DNA of 63,025 nt, the filler included. It is 7 parts of 7 records of this genome, joined end to end, with 100 filler letters (N's around TTAATTAATTAA, not from the genome) between each part and the next. Parts side by side here need not be neighbours in the genome. Positions count along the whole stretch, not along the records: positions 1 to 10,332 come from SRR31156797_17030; 6 more parts are not named here. One strand, 5' to 3'. Shown in pieces: positions 1 to 9,864 of the stretch (within the stretch, counting starts at the first letter, position 1; every line of letters starts with the position of its first letter). The position numbers and the translations under genes were made by a program. A model generated the notes under the pieces. It saw only the letters and a list, made by a program, of their open reading frames with translations. It was not told the origin of the DNA and did not search any database.

Positions 1-1035
1 ATGGATGGGGGATCATCGGATAATTTTCAAGTTGTTGCCGAATCCTATTCGGATATGATTGCTCACTTGGAATCAGGACCGGACGGTGGACAGTCCGCAG
101 CCATAAAAAAGGGGAAAGCGAGCATTCCCGGTGATTTTGTGGCGTGGTTGAATGCTGATGATTATTATTTTCCGGGTGCATTGGACAAGGTATCTTCTTT
201 TTTTGAAAAAAATCCCACCATCGATGTAGTCTACGGGGATGCGGTTCATGTGACGGCAGACGGCTTTTTTTTGACGTATTTTCCGCCCATTCAGACCTTT
301 AATCCAAAAGATCTGGCGCGTTCCTGTTTCATTTGTCAACCCGCATGTTTTGTTCGTCGAAACGCTTATGAACGGATCGGCGGTCTCGATGCGGCTCTGA
401 AGTATACCATGGATTGGGATCTGTGGCATCGATTGTCTCTGTCCGGTGCGAAGTTTCACTATCTTCACGAATTGCTTGCAGCCGTGCGATATTATCCCGG
501 AACCAAGACCATGAGTGGGAATTGGCGACGGTATGCGGAAATCTGGCGGATTGAAAGAAAATATGGCCGTCGCCTCCTCCCCTTTTCATGGTTTGGGTTT
601 TACCGTTATGATCTGTCGTTAAAGGAAAAAAGAGATGTTATTGAGGAAATTTTCCTTTATGTGCTGGATAAACTGAGAAAATCCAAGAAACGGATCCGAA
701 GGTTTCAGGGGGCGGGAGGCCGGATGAAACAAACCCTTTATGGTTTTCATCGCTGGGAACCGGTTGTGGAAAGAGACTGTACGGTCCATCTCCCCTGGTA
801 CGGAAAACGGCAATGGCACAGGCTTTATTTAAGGGTGAAGCCTTTTGATGCCCAATATATGGTCAGCATCAACGATTCGCCCTGTCGGCATGAAGTTGAT
901 GAAAGTGGCCGCCTTGTGATAGAGGTCCCTCCAATGATGGCGCCCCACAGGAAAATAACCATTGCAAAGACCGGGAAGGGGGCTTGGCAGCTTCTCGATT
1001 TTTCCTGCAAATTGACAGGCCCTGACGGGGTCTGA
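1..1035 (+). CDS. Glycosyltransferase family 2, 5'-truncated by the window edge, with C-terminal extension
   Basis: DGGSSD, WLNADD, CQPACF and MDWDLW motifs typical of WfgS-like GT2. The ORF begins inside the domain. Confidence 0.85.
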   Translation: MDGGSSDNFQVVAESYSDMIAHLESGPDGGQSAAIKKGKASIPGDFVAWLNADDYYFPGALDKVSSFFEKNPTIDVVYGDAVHVTADGFFLTYFPPIQTFNPKDLARSCFICQPACFVRRNAYERIGGLDAALKYTMDWDLWHRLSLSGAKFHYLHELLAAVRYYPGTKTMSGNWRRYAEIWRIERKYGRRLLPFSWFGFYRYDLSLKEKRDVIEEIFLYVLDKLRKSKKRIRRFQGAGGRMKQTLYGFHRWEPVVERDCTVHLPWYGKRQWHRLYLRVKPFDAQYMVSINDSPCRHEVDESGRLVIEVPPMMAPHRKITIAKTGKGAWQLLDFSCKLTGPDGV

Positions 1036-1055
1036 TTCTTTATGAAATCAACCTT

Positions 1056-2066
1056 TTGAACATGGATTTAGCAACCGTTATCATTGTAAACTGGAATGGG
1101 CGGCATCTTCTGCCGGACTGCCTGAAGAGCCTTCAAGATCAAAAATTCAAGAAATTTCAAACGATCATTGTGGATAACGGTTCTTCGGATGGATCTGTTG
1201 AATGGGTATGCAGGCACCACCCGGAAGTCAGGGTCGTTCCCCTTTCCGGCAATAAAGGATTTTGTGCGGCCAATAATATGGGATACCGCTTGGTAAAAAC
1301 CAAATACGTGGCCTTGTTGAACAATGATGCAGTTGCCCATCCCCTCTGGCTCGGTAGTTTGGTGGATGCGCTGGAGAAGAATCGTCAGGCGGGTTTTGCC
1401 GCCTCTAAAATTCTTAACAACGAAAAGCGGGAAACCATTGATCGTGCCGGTGACAGTTACACCCGTGCCGGCGTTGGGCTCTTGCGCGGAAGGGGGATGT
1501 CTTTTAATGCCTACGAGAAGCGGGAATGGATTTTCGGTGCTTGTGCCGCGGCAGCCCTTTATCACAAATGTATGATTGATGAAATCGGCTTTTTTGACGA
1601 GGATTTTTTCCTGCTTCATGAAGATGTGGATTTGAGCTTTCGAGCCCAGTTGAAGGGATACAGATGTTTGTATGTTCCGGAAGCAAAGGTTTATCATAAG
1701 ACGAGCAGCAGTATTATTCGGGATTCACATATTTCAATCTACTACGGGCACCGAAATTTGGAATGGGTGTACCTTCAAAATATGCCGAGGCGTTTGCTTG
1801 GTAAAACCATACTGTTGCATTTGGCCCATATGATGGGTTCTTTTTTCTATTTTTCCTGCCGCGGACAAATGGGAAGTATTTTGAGAGCAAAACGGGATGG
1901 GTTTCTTCACATAAAAAAGGTTTTGAGAAAACGAGCCCGAATTCAAAAGGGTAAACGGGTGGAAGATGCTTACATTTGGAATCTCTTGGAGAAGGAACCT
2001 TTTTTTGCAAGGCTGATGACCCATATTCAAAGAAATCAAACACGGAATAAACAGGAAAATCCATGA
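1056..2066 (+). CDS. Glycosyltransferase family 2 (rhamnosyltransferase-like)
   Basis: VIIVNWNG, VDNGSSDGS, LLNNDA, FDEDFFLLHEDVDL motifs. The start may be ATG at 1062. Confidence 0.9.
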   Translation: MNMDLATVIIVNWNGRHLLPDCLKSLQDQKFKKFQTIIVDNGSSDGSVEWVCRHHPEVRVVPLSGNKGFCAANNMGYRLVKTKYVALLNNDAVAHPLWLGSLVDALEKNRQAGFAASKILNNEKRETIDRAGDSYTRAGVGLLRGRGMSFNAYEKREWIFGACAAAALYHKCMIDEIGFFDEDFFLLHEDVDLSFRAQLKGYRCLYVPEAKVYHKTSSSIIRDSHISIYYGHRNLEWVYLQNMPRRLLGKTILLHLAHMMGSFFYFSCRGQMGSILRAKRDGFLHIKKVLRKRARIQKGKRVEDAYIWNLLEKEPFFARLMTHIQRNQTRNKQENP

Positions 2067-4216
2067 AATCCCTGGATGTCATCATCGTCAACTATAACAG
2101 TACTCCTCAGCTGCTGCAATGTGTCAGTTCCTTGATGAGCACCTCGGGGGGCGTATCTCTCAGTGTTCACATTCAAGACAATGCTTCCCAAAAAGGGGAT
2201 GTGAGTGTCGTGCTAAGGGATTTTCCGGAAGTGCTGTTGACCCGGAACGACCGCAACCTGGGCTTTGCAAAGGCCGTTAACCGCGCCATAAATAATGGAA
2301 GCGCACCCTATGTTTTGATGCTTAACCCCGATACGCTGATCTTGCCGGGTTTGCTCAGCGCTACATTGGGATATATGGAAAATCATCCGGAGGTGGGCGT
2401 CTTGGGGCCCAGGATACTGGACAGTGACGGCGTTGTTCAGGGATCCGCAAGGTCTTTTCCAAACCTGTTGACGGCGCTTTTTGGACGAAAGTCCATTTTG
2501 TCCAAGATAATGCCCCATAATCCCATTACGCGGGAAAATATCCTGACAGCTCAAAGCGACGGCATGAATCCCATGGAAGTTGACTGGGTTTCCGGCGCCT
2601 GTATGCTGGTGAGGCGGGATGCCATAGAGGACGTGGGCCCTCTTGATGAGCGGTTTTTTATGTATTGGGAGGACGCCGACTGGTGCCGGCGGATGTGGCG
2701 GAAAGGATGGAAAGTACTATACTTTCCGGAAACTTCCCTGATTCACCATGTGGGGGTCAGCAGTGAGAGTAATATTTTCCGGTCCGTGCTTGAGTTTCAT
2801 CGAAGTATTTATCGGCTTTTTGACAAACATGCCGAGGGATTCAACACATATTTAAAGCCCCTTGTTTTCTGGGGGGTGCTCTACCGCTTCATCTTTGTCT
2901 TTTTGTCCCAATTGGCGCGAAAGAAAGTTCTGAGGGCCGAGCCCTCCCCTTATCGGAAAAAGGAACTGGAAAAGTCGAAGCCCGAAGATTACAGAATCAG
3001 GATCTTGCGGTTTATTGCGCGGCTGAATGTGGGAGGACCTTCCATTCATGTGTATTTATTGACCACGGGACTTGACCGGAAAAGATTCCATTCAACCCTG
3101 GTTACCGGGAGAATTTCTCCTCAGGAAGGGGACATGGGGTATCTTTTTCAATCTGCGGTAGAACAACCGGTTATTATTGGAGATTTGCAGCGAGAAATAA
3201 GCCCCGTCATGGATACCAAAGCATTCCTGCAAATTTTGAGGCTTCTGTGCCACGAAAGGCCTCATATTGTTCATACCCACACGGCCAAAGCGGGAACCAG
3301 TGCAAGATTTGCCGCCATTATCTATAACCGTATCTATCATGGGAACGCCCATACGATCCATACCTTCCATGGCCATGTTTTTACGGGATATTTTTCCCGG
3401 GCCAAATCCTCCATGTTTATCTGGATTGAGCGGATTCTGGCCAGATCTACCGATGTGATCGTCGCCATCAGCAAAACCCAGAAAACGGATCTTGCCCACA
3501 AATTTCACATCGCGCCTGCTGATAAAATCAAAGTTATTCCGCTCGGTTTTAATCTGGCCCCGTTTTTGAAAAACCCTCGGAACAGCGGAAGTTTTAGAAA
3601 ATCATTGGGGAAGGGAAAGGATACGCTGCTGGTTGGAATTGTCGGTCGACTGGTCCCCATCAAGAACCATGTCCTTTTCCTGGATATGGCAGAGATTTTT
3701 ATAAACGAAAACAAGGGTATGGATGTGGGGTTTGTTCTGGTGGGAGATGGCGAATTAAGAGGAGAACTGGAAACCCGAGCTGAAAACATGGATTTGAAAA
3801 ACCACGTCAGCTTCTGCGGTTGGCGACGTGATCTTCCCGAGGTCTATGCTGATCTGGATGTGCTGGCACTGACCTCTGAAAATGAGGGAACGCCTGTTTC
3901 CATTATTGAGGCCATGGCTGCCGGAACATGTGTTATTTCAACGGATGCCGGCGGCGTAAGGGATCTTCTGGGGCCTCCACAAGAGGAAATGTCAAGGGAA
4001 ACGGGATTCACGGTTTGCAAAAAAGGCATTCTATGCCGCAAAAGTGATGCCGCCGGGTTTGCCCGGGGTTTGAAACATCTGGTTGAAATGAAAAAGAAAC
4101 AGCGGGACCGCATGACAGACGCCGCCAGAACTTTCGCCGTGAAAAGCTTTTCCCATAAACGGTTGCTAAAGGATATGGAAGAGCTCTATTTCGAAATAGT
4201 GGAAAAGTACGATTAA
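2063..4216 (+). CDS. Fused GT2 (N-terminal) and GT4 (C-terminal) glycosyltransferase
   Basis: N-half has IIVNYN, LNPDT, DERFFMYWEDADWC. C-half has RLNVGGP, HTHTAKAG, GRLVPIKN, SENEGTPVSIIEAMAAG. Overlaps the previous stop (ATGA). Confidence 0.9.
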   Translation: MKSLDVIIVNYNSTPQLLQCVSSLMSTSGGVSLSVHIQDNASQKGDVSVVLRDFPEVLLTRNDRNLGFAKAVNRAINNGSAPYVLMLNPDTLILPGLLSATLGYMENHPEVGVLGPRILDSDGVVQGSARSFPNLLTALFGRKSILSKIMPHNPITRENILTAQSDGMNPMEVDWVSGACMLVRRDAIEDVGPLDERFFMYWEDADWCRRMWRKGWKVLYFPETSLIHHVGVSSESNIFRSVLEFHRSIYRLFDKHAEGFNTYLKPLVFWGVLYRFIFVFLSQLARKKVLRAEPSPYRKKELEKSKPEDYRIRILRFIARLNVGGPSIHVYLLTTGLDRKRFHSTLVTGRISPQEGDMGYLFQSAVEQPVIIGDLQREISPVMDTKAFLQILRLLCHERPHIVHTHTAKAGTSARFAAIIYNRIYHGNAHTIHTFHGHVFTGYFSRAKSSMFIWIERILARSTDVIVAISKTQKTDLAHKFHIAPADKIKVIPLGFNLAPFLKNPRNSGSFRKSLGKGKDTLLVGIVGRLVPIKNHVLFLDMAEIFINENKGMDVGFVLVGDGELRGELETRAENMDLKNHVSFCGWRRDLPEVYADLDVLALTSENEGTPVSIIEAMAAGTCVISTDAGGVRDLLGPPQEEMSRETGFTVCKKGILCRKSDAAGFARGLKHLVEMKKKQRDRMTDAARTFAVKSFSHKRLLKDMEELYFEIVEKYD

Positions 4217-4279
4217 CCTGTCCGGATTTATGAATTTTTACCGTGTTCAATGAAATCTATGGCGAAGGCCTTTTTTACC

Positions 4280-5221
4280 TTACCGGCGGGCCTTTACAAA
4301 ACAACTGCGGATGAGCTCAAAATGGTTTTGGTGGGTTCGGATTTTCCACCAGATATGACCATTTTTCTCGATATGCCATCGAGGCTGTAAGCCATCCTTA
4401 CGGCCGTTCAGAAGGGCCATCACATTTTTCACGCCGTTTCCCGAATAGGCTCCTTCGTGGGTTCCTCCCAGCCAGTTTTCCGGTTCGGTTACATCTTCCG
4501 ACCATGAAAAGGGGTCGGAAAAAAGAAACTGGGCGCGGTTTGGCTTTGCCGCCCGATTCATTTCCTCCAGATGCTTCAAGGGTTTGGTAACCTTATCCAC
4601 CAGGTTGAGAGAGGCAAGAGAAGAAAAGGAGCCGGATTTGAAAGGCAATCTTTGAGCATCGCCCAGCAGGAATTCCGTATGGCCTCTTTTCCAGGTCTTT
4701 GGAAGCTTTACCATTGCTTTTCGGGTTATAAGACCTTCCTGCTGCAATTGGATCTCCTTTTCCCCGGCAAGCATCAATTCCCTGGCCGTTCGAATAAAGG
4801 ATAAGGAGTTATCGATGCCGATGGCAAAATCACTTTTTTGGCCCAATTCAAAGGTGAACCGCCCTACGGCGGAACCTGCATCAATGGCGACCCCGGATAA
4901 GGGGTGCATGAGATCGCTCCAGTCCGGATAGGCGGCCGAAACGTTTTCGTCCTCAAGAAGATCGCCGTAATGGCTCCACATGTAAGATGACAGAGCCGGT
5001 GCTTTTTCATATTTTGAAGGCGCAGTTTCTGTTTTGTGGGGTGAGTTGGGATCCAGAAAAGCGATTCCGTTTTGGATGGGATATTCCTTGCCGCAATGGG
5101 CACAGGACAAAAACCCTTCAATAATGTCGCTCTCTTCTTCCTCTTTAATGTGTGGATTCAAGCCTTGTTCTTCGGGCAGGCATATGGGGCAAATAAGCAT
5201 TTCAAGAATTCTTTTTTTCAT
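4280..5221 (-). CDS. Class I SAM-dependent methyltransferase with N-terminal Trm112-like Cys domain, resembling the OvoA C-terminal methyltransferase
   Basis: LICPIC...LSCAHCGKEYPIQNGIA (Trm112-like); DAGSAVGRFTFEL, GID, GDAQRLP, LNLVDK, DPFSW...ENWLGG. Confidence 0.75.
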   Translation of the reverse strand: MKKRILEMLICPICLPEEQGLNPHIKEEEESDIIEGFLSCAHCGKEYPIQNGIAFLDPNSPHKTETAPSKYEKAPALSSYMWSHYGDLLEDENVSAAYPDWSDLMHPLSGVAIDAGSAVGRFTFELGQKSDFAIGIDNSLSFIRTARELMLAGEKEIQLQQEGLITRKAMVKLPKTWKRGHTEFLLGDAQRLPFKSGSFSSLASLNLVDKVTKPLKHLEEMNRAAKPNRAQFLFSDPFSWSEDVTEPENWLGGTHEGAYSGNGVKNVMALLNGRKDGLQPRWHIEKNGHIWWKIRTHQNHFELIRSCFVKARR

Positions 5222-5460
5222 GTTCAGTCTCTTTTTAAGGTAGGGAAAGAATAAAGAAAAATATAATCTAGTAATATGATATAGAAATTTAAAGTATGGA
5301 TCAAGGGTGAAATTGGTTAAAACAAATTGACTTTGAGATCCATTATCCCGGAGAAGGAAAAACCGTTCTGGGGGATTAATATCAGGAAGCCCTTATGTTC
5401 CGGGATTTTCATGGTGAGTCGGGCCTTAATTAAATGAAATCTGTATCTTTTCGATTTTTC

Positions 5461-5489
5461 TTGACAGAAAAATTGATTTTCACTACATT
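5461..5489 (+). promoter_or_regulatory. Sigma70 promoter for the SDR-had-oah-dch cluster
   Basis: TTGACA (5461-5466), 17-nt spacer, TACATT (5484-5489), about 90 nt upstream of the SDR start. Confidence 0.6.
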
Positions 5490-5579
5490 CGTTGTGTAAT
5501 TATAATGTGGCTACAATATAGCTCCGTGAACAGATGTATCCCAAACGCATGGGCATAATTTTCGGGAAGAGGTAAAAAA

Positions 5580-6332
5580 ATGAAACTGAAAGATAAAATC
5601 GCATTGGTGACCGGTAGTAGCCGGGGTGTGGGAAGGGCGGTTGCTCTTGGCTATGCCCAGGAAGGGGCAAAGGTCGTTGTCAACTATACATCCAATCAGA
5701 AGGCCGCCGACGAAGTGGTCCAGGCGATTCAGGATTTGGGAAGCGATGCCATCGCCGTAAAAGCGGATGTGGCCCAAAAATCAGAGGCGGAGAATCTGGT
5801 TTCTGCTGCCGTTGAGAAATTCGGCAGGCTGGATATCCTCGTGAACAATGCCGGATTTACCCGGCCCTCCCTCATGCTTAAGATGACCGAGGATCAGTGG
5901 GATCAGGTGGTGGATATTCACCTGAAAGGCGCTTTTCTCTGTGCCCAGGCCGCGGGTATCCGGATGAAAGAACAGAAGAATGGAAAAATTATTAACGTCA
6001 CCTCCGTGGCGGGTCTTGTGGGGACGGTGGGGCAGGTTAATTACAGCGCGGCCAAGGGCGGTCTTCTAAGTCTGACCAAGTCCATTGCCCGGGAACTCGC
6101 CCGGTATAGCGTCTGTTGTAATGTCATATCCTTAGGCATTGTGGCCACCGATATGACGGAAAAGATTCGATCAGACGAAAAACTGAAAGAAATCTATATG
6201 AACCGGATCCTTTTGAAGCGTTTTGCCGAGCCCAAAGACATTTCCCCGGCTTTCGTATTTCTAGGGTCAGACGACAGCGATTATATCACGGGCCAATTGC
6301 TCTGCGTTGATGGGGGCTACGGGATGATCTAG
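5580..6332 (+). CDS. SDR-family oxidoreductase (FabG-like), possibly an acyl-CoA-level dehydrogenase of the lower benzoyl-CoA pathway
   Basis: TGSSRGVG, NNAG, YSAAK motifs. First gene of the had/oah/dch cluster. Confidence 0.85.
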   Translation: MKLKDKIALVTGSSRGVGRAVALGYAQEGAKVVVNYTSNQKAADEVVQAIQDLGSDAIAVKADVAQKSEAENLVSAAVEKFGRLDILVNNAGFTRPSLMLKMTEDQWDQVVDIHLKGAFLCAQAAGIRMKEQKNGKIINVTSVAGLVGTVGQVNYSAAKGGLLSLTKSIARELARYSVCCNVISLGIVATDMTEKIRSDEKLKEIYMNRILLKRFAEPKDISPAFVFLGSDDSDYITGQLLCVDGGYGMI

Positions 6333-6383
6333 CCGTGAATCAGTAGTTCAACCACATAATAATAATCAGTAAGGAGGATAAAA

Positions 6384-7487
6384 ATGGCAATACCTGATAA
6401 AATCCAGACCTGGCAGATGGTTCAGCCCACAAAACGTGACCGGGAAACCGGCGAAGTCACACCGGGCAAACTGGAAAAAACCGAAATACCCGTGCCCGCA
6501 CTTGAAGCTGGAGAAGTATTGGTGGAAGTGGCCGGTTGCGGCGTTTGTCACACGGACCTTGGATACTTTTATGATGGGGTACCGACGGTTTCAAAACCCC
6601 CTTTGACATTGGGGCACGAAATTTCCGGTACCGTTGTTGACGGAGACGAAAAATGGCTGGGAAAAGAAGTTATTATCCCTGCCGTGATGCCCTGTCGGAA
6701 GTGCATCCTCTGCAAGACCGGCCGGGGAAACCGGTGCCTCGACCAGAAAATGCCGGGCAACAGTATCGGTCTCTATGGCGGTTTTTCAAGCCATATCCCC
6801 GTGCCGAGCATCGATCTTTGCGAAGTCAAAGACCGGGGAGAGATGCCCCTTTCCCATTTGGCCGTTGTGGCCGATGCTGCCACCACGCCCTACCAGGCAG
6901 CCAAGCGGGCCGATCTGCAGCCGGGGGACAATGTGGTTGTGGTCGGCATTACCGGTGGTGTGGGCCAGTATATGGGGCAGGTTGCCAAGGCATTGGGTGC
7001 GAATACGGTGGTTGGGATCGCGCGAAATCAGGAAAAACTGGACCGGGCCTTGAATTTTGGTGCCGATTTCATTATCAACTCCAGTGACAAGGATGCCAGG
7101 AGCGTTTCCAAGGAATTCAAGGGGATATGCAAAGGAAACGGTCTCCCTAATTTCGGGTGGAAGATCTTTGAGGTGACCGGGGCCAAGGGTGGCCAGGAGA
7201 TTGCGTTGAGCCTGCTTGGATTCACCGGGAAGCTGGTTGTGGTGGGATTCGGCATGGCCAAGACGGAATACGCCATTGGCCGTTTGATGGCTTTTGATGC
7301 CGAGATTATCGGTACCTGGGGATGCCTCCCCGAGTATTATCCCATTGTCCTGAATATGGTTCTGAGCGGCAAAGTCAATATGGAAGAGTTTGTTGAAATC
7401 CGCCCCATGAGCACCATTGCCGAGACCTTTGCCGAGGCCCATAAGACACCGCCCATGAGGCGCATCGTGTTGACCCCCGATTTTTAA
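6384..7487 (+). CDS. had: 6-hydroxycyclohex-1-ene-1-carbonyl-CoA dehydrogenase (Had/BamQ)
   Basis: Zn-ADH motifs GCGVCHTD, LGHE, CxxCxxC...C; family-like LMAFDA and GTWGC; RBS AAGGAGG; adjacent to oah. Confidence 0.9.
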   Translation: MAIPDKIQTWQMVQPTKRDRETGEVTPGKLEKTEIPVPALEAGEVLVEVAGCGVCHTDLGYFYDGVPTVSKPPLTLGHEISGTVVDGDEKWLGKEVIIPAVMPCRKCILCKTGRGNRCLDQKMPGNSIGLYGGFSSHIPVPSIDLCEVKDRGEMPLSHLAVVADAATTPYQAAKRADLQPGDNVVVVGITGGVGQYMGQVAKALGANTVVGIARNQEKLDRALNFGADFIINSSDKDARSVSKEFKGICKGNGLPNFGWKIFEVTGAKGGQEIALSLLGFTGKLVVVGFGMAKTEYAIGRLMAFDAEIIGTWGCLPEYYPIVLNMVLSGKVNMEEFVEIRPMSTIAETFAEAHKTPPMRRIVLTPDF

Positions 7488-7558
7488 GGGATGTTCTTTT
7501 GTCAACAGTAAACAATAAAAAACGAAATAGAAACCAAAGAAGTAAAGGAGAAAAGATT

Positions 7559-8695
7559 ATGGCCTTAGAATGGATGCCGAGAGACAATGAAAAGAAGGAT
7601 CACGCACTTCACACCGATGTTCACTGGGGAACGGAGGCACCCTGCGTGGTGTATGAAAAACGCCCTTTGACAGACCCCAAGGGGAATGTGGTTGAGGGGC
7701 TTTATGTGTCCTGGATTCGCTTGAACAACCCCAAACAGTACAACTCCTATACCACGGAGATGGTCAAAGGGGTTATTGCTGGTTTTGAGAACGCATCTTT
7801 AGATCGCAGTGTCGTTGCGGTGGTCTTCACCGGTACGGGCCCCTACTCCTTTTGTACGGGTGGAAATACAAAAGAATACAGCGAATTTTACAGCCTTCGT
7901 TGTGATGAATACGGCCAGTACATGGAGCTGTTCAATCACATGGTGGATGCCATTCTGGCCTGCAAAAAACCGGTCATTTCCAGGGTCAACGGCATGAGGG
8001 TCGCCGGCGGCCAGGAAATCGGCATGGCCTGTGACCTGGCCATTTCTTCGGACCTGGCCATTTTCGGTCAAGCCGGACCCAAACACGGCTCCGCCCCCGA
8101 TGGTGGTTCCTCCGATTTCCTCCCCTGGTACCTGGGGATTGAAGACGCCATGTGGAACTGTGTCTCCTGCGAGATGTGGTCCGCTTACAAAATGAAGGCC
8201 AAAACCCTAATCAGCAAGGTTGTTCCGGTCCTGAAGGTGGACGGCGAATGGGTAAGAAACCCCATGATCATCACCGACAAGTATGTGGACAATGGCGAAG
8301 TGGTCTACGGTGAGTACAAGACCGGTTCCGAGGCCAAAGAAGCCCGCGCTTTTGTCAAAGAGCATCAGCCCAACGCGGATTTTGAACTGCTGGATAAAGA
8401 GGTTGACAGAATCGTATGGACCTTTGCGAACCTGTTCCCCGGTTGCCTCATCAAATCCATCGACAGCATCCGCGCCAAGAAGAAATTCTTCTGGGATTAC
8501 TCCAAGAATTACAACCGTCACTGGTTGGCGGCCAATATGGGCGGAGAAGCTTTCTTAGGTTTCGGCGCTTTCAATACCAAACGGATCACGGGTCAGGATA
8601 CCATCAATTTCCTGAAGTTCCGGCAGGATATCGCAGAGTGCAGCACCTGGGATATGGACATGTTTTCCAATGCCATGGGGACACCCAAAGAGTAA
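7559..8695 (+). CDS. oah: 6-oxocyclohex-1-ene-1-carbonyl-CoA hydrolase (Oah/BamA)
   Basis: NPKQYNSYTT, FCTGGNTKEY, RVNGMRVAGGQEIG, GPKHGSAPDGG. Start moved to ATG 7559 after RBS AAGGAG. Confidence 0.95.
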   Translation: MALEWMPRDNEKKDHALHTDVHWGTEAPCVVYEKRPLTDPKGNVVEGLYVSWIRLNNPKQYNSYTTEMVKGVIAGFENASLDRSVVAVVFTGTGPYSFCTGGNTKEYSEFYSLRCDEYGQYMELFNHMVDAILACKKPVISRVNGMRVAGGQEIGMACDLAISSDLAIFGQAGPKHGSAPDGGSSDFLPWYLGIEDAMWNCVSCEMWSAYKMKAKTLISKVVPVLKVDGEWVRNPMIITDKYVDNGEVVYGEYKTGSEAKEARAFVKEHQPNADFELLDKEVDRIVWTFANLFPGCLIKSIDSIRAKKKFFWDYSKNYNRHWLAANMGGEAFLGFGAFNTKRITGQDTINFLKFRQDIAECSTWDMDMFSNAMGTPKE

Positions 8696-8719
8696 GTTTT
8701 CCGTAGATGACGGATTTTG

Positions 8720-8763
8720 AACGGCGGGTGGGTCCATGAGCAGGCCTACCGGCCGTTTTTTTT
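8720..8763 (+). terminator. Intrinsic terminator-like hairpin between oah and dch
   Basis: AACGGCGGGTGGGTC...GGCCTACCGGCCGTT followed by a T-run. Confidence 0.6.
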
Positions 8764-8780
8764 AAGGAGTGTGTGTAAAA

Positions 8781-9548
8781 ATGGGATACAATGACATTGA
8801 AGTTAAGTTTGAAAATGGTTTGGGTACCATTACGTTAAAACGGCCCCCGGTGAATGTTCTGAATATCGCCATGATGGAAGAAATCAATGGTGTGCTCGAA
8901 TCATGGCAGGGGCAAAAAGACCTGAAGGTGGTGCTTTTTGACGCGTTAGGCAAATGTTTCTCAGCCGGCGTGGATGTGGGAGAACACATGGGTGATATGG
9001 CGCCGAAAATGATTGGCGCCTTTCATCGAATGTTCCGGCTTATGGACAATTTGGGCATTCCGACCATGGCCTCCGTGTACGGTTCATGTCTGGGGGGTGG
9101 GTGCGAACTGGCCGTTTTCTGCGATTTGGTCATTTCCTCGGAAGATGCCAAATATGGGCAGCCGGAAGTACAGGTGGGCGTGTTTCCGCCCATAGCCGCT
9201 CAAATCATGCCCCGCATCATCGGTCGAAAGGCTGCCATGGATCTGATTATGTCGGGGAGGATTATTTCGGCTGAAGAGGCTTTGGGCATGGGGTTGATCA
9301 ATAAAGTTGTTGCCAAAGACGACTTGAGTTCCGCCACGGAGGATTTCTGCAAACCCTATCTCAAACTGAGCGCTGAAGTTCTGAGAAAAACAAAAAAAGC
9401 CATTATGGCAGGGTTGATGGATGATTTTGAGCCTTCACTTAAGGTCATTGAAGATATCTATCTGGACGAACTCATGCCAACGGCGGATGCTCAGGAAGGA
9501 TTGAACGCATTCATGGAAAAACGGAAACCGGTCTGGACAAACCAATAG
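8781..9548 (+). CDS. dch: Cyclohexa-1,5-diene-1-carbonyl-CoA hydratase (Dch/BamR), crotonase family
   Basis: FSAGVDVGEH, CLGGGCEL, GQPEVQVGVFPP; clustered with had and oah. Confidence 0.85.
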   Translation: MGYNDIEVKFENGLGTITLKRPPVNVLNIAMMEEINGVLESWQGQKDLKVVLFDALGKCFSAGVDVGEHMGDMAPKMIGAFHRMFRLMDNLGIPTMASVYGSCLGGGCELAVFCDLVISSEDAKYGQPEVQVGVFPPIAAQIMPRIIGRKAAMDLIMSGRIISAEEALGMGLINKVVAKDDLSSATEDFCKPYLKLSAEVLRKTKKAIMAGLMDDFEPSLKVIEDIYLDELMPTADAQEGLNAFMEKRKPVWTNQ

Positions 9549-9864
9549 GCCAAACGACTTTGATTATATCCATTTTGGGTTAAAAGGTTTGGGGGCCGTG
9601 TGCGATCGGGACAGGTCCCCTTGGGCCGGTTGTTCCCAGGATGTCATGAAGGAAGGTATGCGCTCGTCCGATTTGATGCCCTCGAAAGACCCCTGATCTT
9701 CTTCACGCCTTAATGGTTTTGCTGTTCCGCTTCTTGTTCCGAGGTTTTTAGTTGACAAAGGCATGTGGCTATATTATGGCTTCGTTTTCGCCTCGGATAA
9801 GACGCTTGGAATATCGCCATTGAATCGCGAGAATAATGGTTAAAGTTATTTAAAGGAATTTGTC

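Noticed and set aside
9752..9780. TTGACA promoter before the decarboxylase beta gene
   Set aside because: No convincing -10 hexamer at 16-18 nt spacing.
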